Assembly (NCBI GenBank): GCA_049969675.1
Contig: JBMFOP010000001.1
Coordinates: 32,001 to 96,000 of the forward strand
Source: Myxococcota bacterium
GTDB lineage: Bacteria; Myxococcota; SpSt-1050
Length of the DNA: 64,000 nt
Direction: 5' to 3'
Shown here: positions 50,913 through 60,329 of the stretch, piece after piece
Position numbering within the stretch: the first letter of the stretch is position 1
Layout: each line of letters starts with the position of its first letter
Notes under the pieces: generated by a model
The model's input: the letters and a program-made list of their open reading frames with translations, nothing else
Databases searched by the model: none
Told to the model about the DNA's origin: nothing
Program-made: the position numbers and the translations under genes

Positions 50913-51631
50913 TCAATACAGGTAAATGGAGACTCTTTTAAGAATCTCAAGATATGCTGATAAGGTTTTTTATAAAAGAGGAATCCGTTGTGTCCAATCC
51001 CCTCCAGTGCGACAATCTCAAGATTTGGAATATTCTCTTTCTCTGGCACAGAATATGGATATGGTATCAGTCTGTCATCTATGGAGTATATTGCACAAAA
51101 TCTCACTTTATCTGGAAATTTACTTGAATTGAGCTCCCTGATAAAGGCAGAGTTGGGAGTCAACTGCCAGAGGTTCTGTCCCAGAAAACCTGTTGCAAGA
51201 AGCCCCAGATAGGCAAAAGGGGTTCCTCTATGGGGAGAGGCGAGTGTTATCAATGTATGTGTATATTCATCTGCACAAAGTTTCTGAATCATATATCTTC
51301 CAATTATTCCGCCCTCTGAATGTCCAATAATAGCTATATCAGGGAGGTTATATCTCTCAATGAGTCTCCTTACTTTTATATTTACAAAAGAGGCGGTCTC
51401 CTCTATCCCATCGGTTCGTAATATCTCTAGAAAACCACCGAGATTTATCGTAAAGACATCAAATTTATCCTTTCTCAATCTCTCCTCAAGCACCATCATA
51501 ACCCTTCTATTGGCACCAAAACCGTAAATCAGGAGAACTGGCTTTTTACAGAATTCAAAGTCTGTGATCCTCTCAATCCCTCTTCTGGATATAGCTGACC
51601 TGATTATATCAGTAGTATCATTTACGAGCGT
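50909..51631 (-). CDS. Alpha/beta hydrolase (lipase/esterase); probable ACG start
   Basis: PVLLIYG, GHSEGG nucleophile elbow, TLASPHRGT, late D and GH; RBS AGGAG 7 nt before in-frame ACG at 51631. Confidence 0.8.
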   Translation of the reverse strand, partial: TLVNDTTDIIRSAISRRGIERITDFEFCKKPVLLIYGFGANRRVMMVLEERLRKDKFDVFTINLGGFLEILRTDGIEETASFVNIKVRRLIERYNLPDIAIIGHSEGGIIGRYMIQKLCADEYTHTLITLASPHRGTPFAYLGLLATGFLGQNLWQLTPNSAFIRELNSSKFPDKVRFCAIYSIDDRLIPYPYSVPEKENIPNLEIVALEGIGHNGFLFYKKPYQHILRFLKESPFTCIE

Positions 51632-51671
51632 AGTCAGTCTCCTGACCTTTGGAAAAATAGGTTTATAAAAA

Positions 51672-52994
51672 TTAGTAAGTCCCAAGGTAATTGTTAATCT
51701 CCCATGGATGAACAAAACCAATATAATTATGCCATTCCTGACGCTTGGCGTCAAGAAAATGATAATGTATATGTTCCCCAAGTGTCTCCTTCATTAAGGT
51801 GCTCTTTTCAAATTTATCCAGAGCCTCCCTCAAACTACCAGGTAATTCACCAATTCTATATCTCCTCCTCTCTCTAAGGCTCATTCTGTAGATATTTTTA
51901 TTGACAGGTGGTGGGGGCTCAATCCTATTTTCAATACCATCCCACCCTGATGCAAGCATTACAGCAAGGGCAAGATATGGATTACACGATGGGTCTGGCA
52001 TCCTGAACTCAATCCTTGTACCCTTTCCTCTCCTTGCTGGAACCCTGATTAGTGGGGACCTATTCTTCTCAGCCCATGCCACATGCGTGGGCGCCTCATA
52101 ACCGGGCACCAATCTCTTATATGAATTCACAAGTGGATTCGTAATTGCGCACATCTCCTGCGCATGTTCAATGATGCCACCAATATAATAAAGCGCTAAT
52201 TTTGAGAGTTGATATTCACCTTTTGGGTCATAAAATGCGTTATCTTTCCCCTTAAATAGGGACTGATGTGTGTGCATACCGCTACCATTTATTCCGAAGA
52301 CTGGCTTCGGCATAAATGTGGCATGTAATCCAAAGTCCTGTGCCACCTTCCTCACTATTATCTTCAAGGTACAGATATTATCTGCGGTCTTTAAAAACTC
52401 ATCATACTTAAAATCTATCTCGTGCTGTCCTCTTGCAACCTCATGGTGCCCGGCCTCCACTTCAAAACCCATATTCTCAAGCACATTTATCATTGTCCTC
52501 CGTGCCTCTTCTCCTCTGTCAACTGGTGTCATATCAAAATAACTTGCATCATCATGGGTCTCAGTCGTAGGTTTCCCCTCTGGATCCGTCTGAAAGAGGA
52601 AAAATTCCATCTCAGTCCCCGCCATCGCAATATAACCAGCCTTTCTTACCTTCTCAATTACCCTTTTTAAGGCCGTCCTCGTGCATCCATCAAATGGTCT
52701 CCCATCGGGTGTATATATATCACAGATAAGCCTCGCGACCTTACCCCCCTTCTCCTCCCACGGAAATATCATAAATGTATTCAGGTCAGGGACCAGTGTC
52801 ATATCCGATTCCTCTATCCTTGCAAACCCCTCAATAGAAGACCCATCAAACATAATCTCCCCATCAAGAGCCTTTTCAAACTGCTTTGGTGGAACCTCCA
52901 CATTCTTATTTATCCCAAGCACATCTGTAAACTGAAGTCTGAGAAATTTAACACCCTCCTTCCTGATCTCTTTTAATATCTCTTCTCTTTTCAT
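51672..52994 (-). CDS. glnA: Glutamine synthetase type I
   Basis: FDGSSIEGF, HHEV..GQHE, ATFMPKP..G.NGSGMH, NSYKRLVPGYEAP, RIEFR.PD. Confidence 0.98.
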   Translation of the reverse strand: MKREEILKEIRKEGVKFLRLQFTDVLGINKNVEVPPKQFEKALDGEIMFDGSSIEGFARIEESDMTLVPDLNTFMIFPWEEKGGKVARLICDIYTPDGRPFDGCTRTALKRVIEKVRKAGYIAMAGTEMEFFLFQTDPEGKPTTETHDDASYFDMTPVDRGEEARRTMINVLENMGFEVEAGHHEVARGQHEIDFKYDEFLKTADNICTLKIIVRKVAQDFGLHATFMPKPVFGINGSGMHTHQSLFKGKDNAFYDPKGEYQLSKLALYYIGGIIEHAQEMCAITNPLVNSYKRLVPGYEAPTHVAWAEKNRSPLIRVPARRGKGTRIEFRMPDPSCNPYLALAVMLASGWDGIENRIEPPPPVNKNIYRMSLRERRRYRIGELPGSLREALDKFEKSTLMKETLGEHIHYHFLDAKRQEWHNYIGFVHPWEINNYLGTY

Positions 52995-53016
52995 CTCTGC
53001 CTCCTTGTTGAGGTAC

Positions 53017-53045
53017 ACTATCTCCTTATTTTACAATATTGTCAA
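53017..53045 (-). promoter_or_regulatory. Sigma70-type glnA promoter overlapped by a TGACAATATTGTAA near-palindrome
   Basis: Minus strand TTGACA-17 bp-GATAGT; the -35 box overlaps a 13/14 match to the palindrome at 11323. Confidence 0.5.
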
Positions 53046-53283
53046 ATTAAATTTGCAAAATAATCATCATTTATTAAGCAATCTGTAAAAATATGCATTG
53101 TATTGCAATAAATAATGGGATTTTTTACCAAAAATACAAAAAATTATTAACACCCAATCAAAATACCCGTGCGGTGTGACCTCTATCACCAGACATTTTT
53201 GGCTCATATCCTTCAAATCCATCGGCAGGCCCTTTCTTTACCAATATTTTTATGGTATATTGAATTCATTAAGGAGGTATATT

Positions 53284-54621
53284 ATGAAGAAGATATATTT
53301 TCTCAGTATAATATCCTTAATTCTCCTCTCTGCCTGCAATGTAGTTTACTACGCCCCATACCCTCCCAATACAGAATATGTATATTACGGGCATCACCCA
53401 ATTCCATCCTATATCGGAGGTGGTATGTGTTTTATTGAGGGGAGGCATATCCATAATTATCCACCCGAGAATAACTACTCCTTTTATTACTATGAAGGCA
53501 TATATTTCTACATTGGCGAGACAGTAGCCTACTTTGGTCCGCACCCCATCCCCTCCCAGTTTGGTGGTGGGATATGTATGATTAATGGATATCATACACA
53601 CACCTATTATCCTTACGGATCGGGTTATGTATATTATCCGGATGATAATGTCTTCGTATATGTAGATGTGGATATCAATGTAAATAATAGGAGACCATAC
53701 GAACCGAAGAATAGACACGGTTCATACTCCTCTGGAATACCATATTCGGATACGGGTGGGAGACACGAATATAAGCCCTCATCAGGTGGGACGAATTCAT
53801 CCGGGACAACATCAGGTTCACAGGATTATTCCCATAAAGGGACATCAGGTGGCTCCTCTACCGGTTCAGGGAGTGGAGCAGGTAGCAGTTCTCAAACTGG
53901 AAATTCCACAATACAGTATAATAAAACACCCGATTTCAACTACACACCTCGCAAATATGAACCAGCAAATCCACAGATAGATACTCCATCTCAAACAAAT
54001 AAGAAGATTGAGAATAATCAGCCAGTTATAAATATACCACAGGATACTAAAAGGAGAGTGGATTTTGATAACAAGCCCACAATAAACACACCATCCCAGA
54101 CAAATAAAAAGTATGATATGGACAATCCAACATTTGAGCCACCCTCCCAGACAAAAAATAAGATTGAAAAGAATGACAACATTCCTCCCCTGTATGTACC
54201 AGACAGTACTCCGAAAAAAAAGGATGACAAATACCCTGTAATCAATACACCATCACAGACAGAGAAGAAGATTGAGAAGAATCAACCGGTTATAAATACA
54301 CCATCCGATACAAATAAAAGATATAATACAAATCAAACACCGAATATCAATGTTCCAAAAGATACAACAAAGAGACTGGAATTTGGCAATGAGCCCAAGA
54401 AATTTGACACACCACCAGTAAAAAGATTTACCCCGGGCACCAATGAGGATAAAAAGAGGGATAGACCACCTCTTGATGTCCCGCAGATAGATACAAAGAA
54501 GAAAGACTCTGCAGATGATGATGACGAAAATAATCTGAAGAAGAAGGTATATCAGAAGGACCAGATAAAGGTTCCAGGGGTCAATAAGAAAGTGCCATCT
54601 CCAGACCCTGTATCAAAATAA
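53284..54621 (+). CDS. Lipoprotein with two His/Cys/Tyr-rich repeats and a Pro/Thr/Lys-rich repeat tail
   Basis: RBS AAGGAGG; lipobox LSAC; 2x GxHPIP..GGG.C.I.G.HxH; about eight 17-18 aa PxINTPSQTNKK-type repeats. Confidence 0.8.
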   Translation: MKKIYFLSIISLILLSACNVVYYAPYPPNTEYVYYGHHPIPSYIGGGMCFIEGRHIHNYPPENNYSFYYYEGIYFYIGETVAYFGPHPIPSQFGGGICMINGYHTHTYYPYGSGYVYYPDDNVFVYVDVDINVNNRRPYEPKNRHGSYSSGIPYSDTGGRHEYKPSSGGTNSSGTTSGSQDYSHKGTSGGSSTGSGSGAGSSSQTGNSTIQYNKTPDFNYTPRKYEPANPQIDTPSQTNKKIENNQPVINIPQDTKRRVDFDNKPTINTPSQTNKKYDMDNPTFEPPSQTKNKIEKNDNIPPLYVPDSTPKKKDDKYPVINTPSQTEKKIEKNQPVINTPSDTNKRYNTNQTPNINVPKDTTKRLEFGNEPKKFDTPPVKRFTPGTNEDKKRDRPPLDVPQIDTKKKDSADDDDENNLKKKVYQKDQIKVPGVNKKVPSPDPVSK

Positions 54622-54672
54622 TTACCTCAATTTGGCACAGGTAAAATCCAAACTACTCACAAATATTCTTGT

Positions 54673-56076
54673 ACACACCTGTTCAGATAAATTATCATTG
54701 AATACTCAAAGATACTGAATTCTTAGAGGAGGCTTTATATAAATATGAATCACATTAGCTTTCGGCAAATTCTACAAATATTTTTAATGAATATGTTTTA
54801 TAAGGTGATGATAGAGAGGGGATGAGAGAGAAATAAATTAATTTATTAGTTAACAGTAAATCAGAAAAAAGAAAATGCCATTATATACAATTTGTATATC
54901 CGTTGTCGGCTTTGAAAACACCTCCTGATTCTCACTAAATTAGAAATTCTTGACATACTCTTCTTGATTTAATATGAAAAATATCCAATGACTAATAAAT
55001 TTTTATTTAATAAAGTGTATCTTATTTTATGAAAGTAGTAAGAGATGAAATTAAAAAATATCATTATAACAATTACAATTTTAAGTTTATATATTTATGC
55101 CTGTAATTTACATCTAAAGTATGTATGTACACCGAGTTGTAATGGGAAGGAGTGTGGGGATGATGGGCGTGGAAGGAGTTGTGGGAGTTGTGGGAGCAAT
55201 GCGAGTTGTGATTTAAATAGGTGTGTCTGTAATTCTGGATATGCAAACTGCAATAACAGCTGGACTGATGGATGTGAGACAATTGGAGATCCCGGACATC
55301 TATGGAGTAAGAGATTCGGGGGGAGTAGTTATGATTATGGTTCTTCCGTCTCAGTGGATACCTCAGGCAATGTATATGGGACTGGATATTTTTTAAGTTC
55401 TCTAATAAATTTTGGTGGATGCATATTTAATAGTGCTGGTAGTAATGATATATATCTTTTCAAATATGCACCATGAATGGAAGTCCATTGTCCATGGTCC
55501 ATAGTTATTTGTTTTGTGATTGTAATCGTTAACATGAACGCTGTATTTTTTCTGGCATTCCTTGCAGATTAAAAGCTGCACTTATGCATAAAAAAATTAT
55601 CCCGCTTCGCTCCGCCATTTCGCATAAACGGCTCTTGTGGTTTGTGTTATTTTCATTGTGCTATGCTTACGCAGATGCACAAAAGAATAATTCTGCCTCA
55701 CGCTGTTCGGCAGATAATTCGCACTACATAAATTTTACGAGCCTTAAACAAAAGTTGAATACAAATCCAGATTTGTGAATATTACAGACTTAATCAAATA
55801 AAGTTTATGCATTGCACTACGAGGCTACTCTTCGCTTCACCTTGTCGCTAACCTTTTGTTTATCGTCCGTTGTCCACAGTCAACGGTACATAGTTTATAA
55901 TCCATATTGTCTTATTTATGGTAAATAAAATTGAAGGCTATTTAAGTTAGACGGCATTTTAGCTGGTAATGAGTAGAGGAGAGTAACAAGAATTTGAAAA
56001 TGTGAATCTATCCATCTAGAATCCTTGTTTTACAAATAGTTAACTTCTCAAATCAGATTATTCTGGACAGCAGTGA
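54673..56076 (+). mobile_element. IS4-family-like relic, copy C (about 1.4 kb), whose ends enclose a cargo gene
   Basis: Left flank aligns to copies A and B and reads MNHISFRQILQIFLMNMFYKV; right flank ends TTACAAATAGTTAA...ATTATTCTGGACAGCAGTGA as in copy A. Confidence 0.7.
55045..55476 (+). CDS. Short Cys-rich lipoprotein with a single beta-propeller (SBBP-like) blade, probably a collapsed gene
   Basis: Signal ending IYAC; CTPSC.GKECGDDG..GSC motif; WSKRFGGS..DYG.SVSVDTSGNVYGTG blade. Confidence 0.65.
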   Translation: MKLKNIIITITILSLYIYACNLHLKYVCTPSCNGKECGDDGRGRSCGSCGSNASCDLNRCVCNSGYANCNNSWTDGCETIGDPGHLWSKRFGGSSYDYGSSVSVDTSGNVYGTGYFLSSLINFGGCIFNSAGSNDIYLFKYAP

Positions 56077-56160
56077 AATCAACTAATTTAATTCACTATT
56101 TTAATTCTTGATTTTTATAAATAATTGTTGTATTGACTCCTCCAACAAGGAGGTAGTCAG

Positions 56161-56370
56161 ATGAAGAAAGTCATCGCATTGGTAATTGTTCTGGTACTCT
56201 TTATTGCTTGTGCTTCACAGAAGGCGGCAGCCCCAACTGCTCCGGAGACACCGAAGGTTGAGACGCCTGCAGCGCCTGCTGCTCCAGCAACGCCAGCCGC
56301 ACCAGCAACGCCAGCCGCACCGGCTACACCAACAGCGCCTGCTACACCGGATGCTCCAGCAGGAAAGTAA
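56161..56370 (+). CDS. Small lipoprotein with PAAPAT tandem repeats
   Basis: RBS AAGGAGG, lipobox FIAC, 18-bp DNA repeats near 56284-56321, followed by a hairpin. Confidence 0.85.
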   Translation: MKKVIALVIVLVLFIACASQKAAAPTAPETPKVETPAAPAAPATPAAPATPAAPATPTAPATPDAPAGK

Positions 56371-56384
56371 TTTAATTCATTTTA

Positions 56385-56416
56385 ATACAGCGTCAGAATC
56401 TTATCTGGCGCTGTAT
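56385..56416 (+). terminator. Stem-loop, probable terminator
   Basis: ATACAGCGTCAGA-ATCTTA-TCTGGCGCTGTAT followed by a pyrimidine run. Confidence 0.7.
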
Positions 56417-56678
56417 CTCTTCTCTCCATTTTTCATCAATTCAGAAAAAGTTCAAAGAAAAGTTCAGGAAGGGTTAACCTATCTTTTCTTTTAGATTAAA
56501 TTTTTAACAATAGAGATTTACGAAATTAAACCCAGACTTCCCGTGAGTAAAAGTAACAGGTAAAGCAAAAGAGGGGGAAAAATGAATTTATGTTATTTTG
56601 ATTCACTTTAAACGGATTGAGCATAAATTGAATTTTTGCTTTGCTTATATTGAATTGTTGTGTCATAAAGGGAAATCT

Positions 56679-57833
56679 ATGATGCGTATGGATGATATTT
56701 CAAAGAAAAAGGCGTTTCTGACAGTCCTTTTGATATTTATGGTCTGGAGGGGTTCGTTATTTCTCTTTGATTTTATCGGGATGAGTTTTACCTATGAGCG
56801 CACCAACAATACAAATAAAGACTATCAGGCATATCCACAGAAGGAGAGATATTTCATTGATGGATGGTTCAGATGGGATTCGGGCTGGTATAAGAGGATT
56901 GCCGAGCGTGGATATTATATTGAAGGACAACAGAGTGATGTAGCGTTCTTTCCACTCTTCCCATACCTTTCAAGATATCTGGGATATGTAGTGGGTAATC
57001 ACTTTCTGGCTGGATTTTTGATCTCAAATTTCTCTACATTGTTTGCAATCTTCTTTATGTATCTGATTGCCCTTTCTATGACTGATGCGGGGCGCGCAAA
57101 AAGGTCAATTATCCTTATACTTTTATTCCCGGCCTCATTCTTTCTCTCTGCATATTACACAGAAGGGCTGTTTTTACTTACAATAACGGGGAGTACATAC
57201 TTCTTCTTTAAGAGGAATTATCTCCTGTCCGGTATATTCGGAATGGCGGCTATGCTTACACGTTCAACAGGATTAATTCTCTTTGTGGCATTCTCCCTCT
57301 ATTTACTATATGAAATTCTCCAAAAACGAGAGAGATTCTCTATTTCAATGTTATATCTTCTGCTCATCCCTTCGGGACTTCTCATCTTTATGCTGATGCT
57401 CAAGGTTCAGGTAGGAGACCCATTTGCATTTTCAAAATTTCAGGCGGGATGGGGGAGACATTTCCTCTTTCCCATCTTTACACCATTTGTAGAGCTGTAC
57501 AGGGTCAACTGGTCATTTCCGAGAGATGATGTAAATATGCAAAAATTTTTGGAGGCAATTACCTCTATATTATTCCTCATAATTGCTATTATGATGATAG
57601 TTAAAAAATATAATCCTGTACTCTGGATGATTCTACTCTTAGGTATCCTTATGCCACTTTCTACTGGTAAGGTAATGTCAATGATGAGGTTTGCCTCAGT
57701 CCTCTTCCCTGCATTTTATTATTTATCTGATTTATGTGAAGACAGAAGTGTAGAGCGATTTATAATATTTCTCTTCTCTTTCTTTCTCGCAATTTATAAC
57801 TTGAGATTTTTAAACTGGTTCTGGGCTGGCTGA
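56679..57833 (+). CDS. GT-C membrane mannosyltransferase (PIG-V/Gpi18-like)
   Basis: RWDSGWY..IA..GY, AFFPLFP, FP.SFF.SA.YTE, R..G, Q..WGR. Confidence 0.88.
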   Translation: MMRMDDISKKKAFLTVLLIFMVWRGSLFLFDFIGMSFTYERTNNTNKDYQAYPQKERYFIDGWFRWDSGWYKRIAERGYYIEGQQSDVAFFPLFPYLSRYLGYVVGNHFLAGFLISNFSTLFAIFFMYLIALSMTDAGRAKRSIILILLFPASFFLSAYYTEGLFLLTITGSTYFFFKRNYLLSGIFGMAAMLTRSTGLILFVAFSLYLLYEILQKRERFSISMLYLLLIPSGLLIFMLMLKVQVGDPFAFSKFQAGWGRHFLFPIFTPFVELYRVNWSFPRDDVNMQKFLEAITSILFLIIAIMMIVKKYNPVLWMILLLGILMPLSTGKVMSMMRFASVLFPAFYYLSDLCEDRSVERFIIFLFSFFLAIYNLRFLNWFWAG

Positions 57834-57834
57834 T

Positions 57835-59400
57835 ATGCACTTTGTAATAAGATTTGAACCGCCGGTGGAAGATGCAAAATACAATAAATATTCGCATATA
57901 ATACCTGTCATTCCAGATGTTGAGATAGGAGAGGGGGATACGGTGAGCTTCAGGGGGGAGGAGACCCTTACAAGAGAGGAGTTCTATAGTATAGCTGATA
58001 CACTTGCAAAAAGGGGTGTTGATTTTGTAATTGAGACCACGGGTATTTCATTTATTAATCCCGACAATCTAAAATATATCTTCAAAAGATATAGGATAAA
58101 GGAGATAATCATTAAGATATTCAGTCTAAACTTCACGGTAAATGATGATTTTTTTAGAGAGATCGGTACCTCTATAAAATCACTTATGGGATTGGATGCC
58201 CTTTTAAGGACTGGATTTAAAGATATAAGTTTAATTACCTACATCTATGAGGGGAATTACTTAAACAGACTCAAGTCCATTTATGATTTTAAGAAGGATA
58301 AGGGACTCAAATATTTATATATAGAGCTGGATAACACACTATCCATTGAAAGAAGAAACTCTGTTTTTAAGGAAATCCTCTCCCGATTCGGTGAGCAGGA
58401 TGATATTATTATAAGGAATAATGATTTTGAGATTAGATTGAGAGATAGAGAGAGAGAGGGTATAGAAATAAGGACTGACAGAGAAAACGGCATCCTGAAT
58501 CTTGTTTTGAGGAATTTTTGCACAAATAATTGCACATTCTGTACAACAAGGATAGTTCAGATGGCGAATCGTTCACCGCTCCCTTATGATGCAAAAGAGA
58601 GGGTAATCAGGGCTATTGGTGAAGCCTCAAAATCTCTTTCAGAGAAGAATCTTTTAGAGATTGTTGCAGTAGAGCCGCTGGAACATCCCGATATAGTTAG
58701 TATACTTGAAAAGGCTAATGAGTGTGGATTTGAGGATATCAGATTGCTTACGCATGGGAGATTAATCAGGAGTAAGAAGGAGCTAAATAATTTAAAGAGA
58801 TTGGGAGTAAGGGAGATGATTCTCCCAATTGCATTTTATTCACCAGAATCCGCTATGGCTAATGTCAGAGACAGAAATGCCTTTTATGATATGATAAATC
58901 TTTTGGAGTTGATAAAGAATTACAGAGGTATAGATTTCAGATTCAATATTATGCTCTCCCAACAAAACTACAGAGATATTTACAGGATCATCAGATTTTT
59001 AAAAGCGAATAATATAAGTAAATTTAATATCAATCTCGCACTGCCCTCCATTGAGGATGAGAGATTTTATAGACCTTATGCTGTTAAGTTATCGGATTTG
59101 GTAGAATATATAAAAGAGAATTCAGGAGATGAACAACTCAAAGAACATATTGTAAAGTCTTTGAGCTCCATTATTCCAGCATGTATAATCAGGAGGTATT
59201 TCCCGGAGAGGTTTATAATGGAGATCAAAGATATATATGAGAACATCACCTCCACTTCACTGGCTGCAAGGCGTCCGAGCGCAAAAGCCAAACTCAGGGT
59301 TGACTGCAAAGAGAAGATGAACTGCCCGTATGGTAGTTTCTGTGTCGGTGTAAATGAGACATATATAAAATTATTTGGTGATGAGGAGTTTTATTTTTGA
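57835..59400 (+). CDS. Tandem radical SAM protein (degenerate N-terminal domain, intact C-terminal domain)
   Basis: CTNNCTFC at mid-protein; N-terminal half has barrel-like motifs without the Cys triad; C-terminal C...NC....C.G....Y..LFG..EF. Confidence 0.8.
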   Translation: MHFVIRFEPPVEDAKYNKYSHIIPVIPDVEIGEGDTVSFRGEETLTREEFYSIADTLAKRGVDFVIETTGISFINPDNLKYIFKRYRIKEIIIKIFSLNFTVNDDFFREIGTSIKSLMGLDALLRTGFKDISLITYIYEGNYLNRLKSIYDFKKDKGLKYLYIELDNTLSIERRNSVFKEILSRFGEQDDIIIRNNDFEIRLRDREREGIEIRTDRENGILNLVLRNFCTNNCTFCTTRIVQMANRSPLPYDAKERVIRAIGEASKSLSEKNLLEIVAVEPLEHPDIVSILEKANECGFEDIRLLTHGRLIRSKKELNNLKRLGVREMILPIAFYSPESAMANVRDRNAFYDMINLLELIKNYRGIDFRFNIMLSQQNYRDIYRIIRFLKANNISKFNINLALPSIEDERFYRPYAVKLSDLVEYIKENSGDEQLKEHIVKSLSSIIPACIIRRYFPERFIMEIKDIYENITSTSLAARRPSAKAKLRVDCKEKMNCPYGSFCVGVNETYIKLFGDEEFYF

Positions 59401-60329
59401 TGAAGAGGATTGTTTTTACTATCCTGATTCTATTAATGTATGGCTGCGAGAGAAAAGATTACTATTCTGAGATTAAGAGAGATTGTAATTTAGAGAAGGC
59501 AGAGAGGATTTTAAGTACATTGTTGTCCAGAGAAGATCCACAGTCAATAAAGGTAATTGATGCTATATCTGAGTGCAATTCAGATATAATGGATAAATTC
59601 TTATCTGATATCTATAATAGGTCTGATGAAAAGATAAAAAGGCATATATACCTTAGACTCATAGAGAAGAGGAGCAAGGCATTTTTAGAGACGGCATTTA
59701 ATATTTTGATAAATAAGGTACAGACAAATGAGGATTATAGCGGTGAATTGAAATATATAAATGAGACAGACCCCGAATTTATAGAGAAGAAGTATAAAGA
59801 GCTCACTCATCAAATAGAGGAGGCAAAGAAGAATAAGAATAGATTGGGTCTTGAGATATTGCTGGATAATATTAAAGCCCTCTCAACTCTAATGGGGAAG
59901 GGGATAGATGAAGATGGGATTCTGAAAGATATCAATAGACTCAGCCGGGAAGAGGAGAAGGAGAGTCTCTATAGTAAGTTTATTGACGCCACAAATAATC
60001 AGGAGATGACAAAGGCATATAATATATTCAAAAGGCTTAAAGAACATAATCTAATATTAAAAGGCGACAACGCAACTAATCTTGAAGAGATATTAAGACA
60101 GCTCTCTGAGACAGAGGATAAGTTTTATGAGACCTCTTTGAGACTGGATGGACTTATGATAGAGATTGAGAAGGGGAGGCGCGAGGGAAATACCAATGAT
60201 GTAAAGAGACTTGAAGAGGAATTGAGGTCTGTAAAATCGGATATGGTCTTTAAGAAGAGGGCACTTGATAGGGCAGCAAAGAGACTTCCCCGTGTGAGAG
60301 AACTTTTTGAACAGGTGAGGGTAAAATGA
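59400..60329 (+). CDS. Alpha-helical / coiled-coil lipoprotein
   Basis: Lipobox MYGC; charged helical sequence. Confidence 0.65.
   Translation: MKRIVFTILILLMYGCERKDYYSEIKRDCNLEKAERILSTLLSREDPQSIKVIDAISECNSDIMDKFLSDIYNRSDEKIKRHIYLRLIEKRSKAFLETAFNILINKVQTNEDYSGELKYINETDPEFIEKKYKELTHQIEEAKKNKNRLGLEILLDNIKALSTLMGKGIDEDGILKDINRLSREEEKESLYSKFIDATNNQEMTKAYNIFKRLKEHNLILKGDNATNLEEILRQLSETEDKFYETSLRLDGLMIEIEKGRREGNTNDVKRLEEELRSVKSDMVFKKRALDRAAKRLPRVRELFEQVRVK

Noticed and set aside
54632..54648. TTGGCAC as a sigma54 promoter
   Set aside because: No -12 element at the required spacing
55584..55778. 64-aa ORF from the track
   Set aside because: No RBS and it coincides with the hairpin cluster; probably non-coding
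55045..55892. Diversity-generating retroelement
   Set aside because: No reverse transcriptase and no template/variable repeat pair differing at adenines
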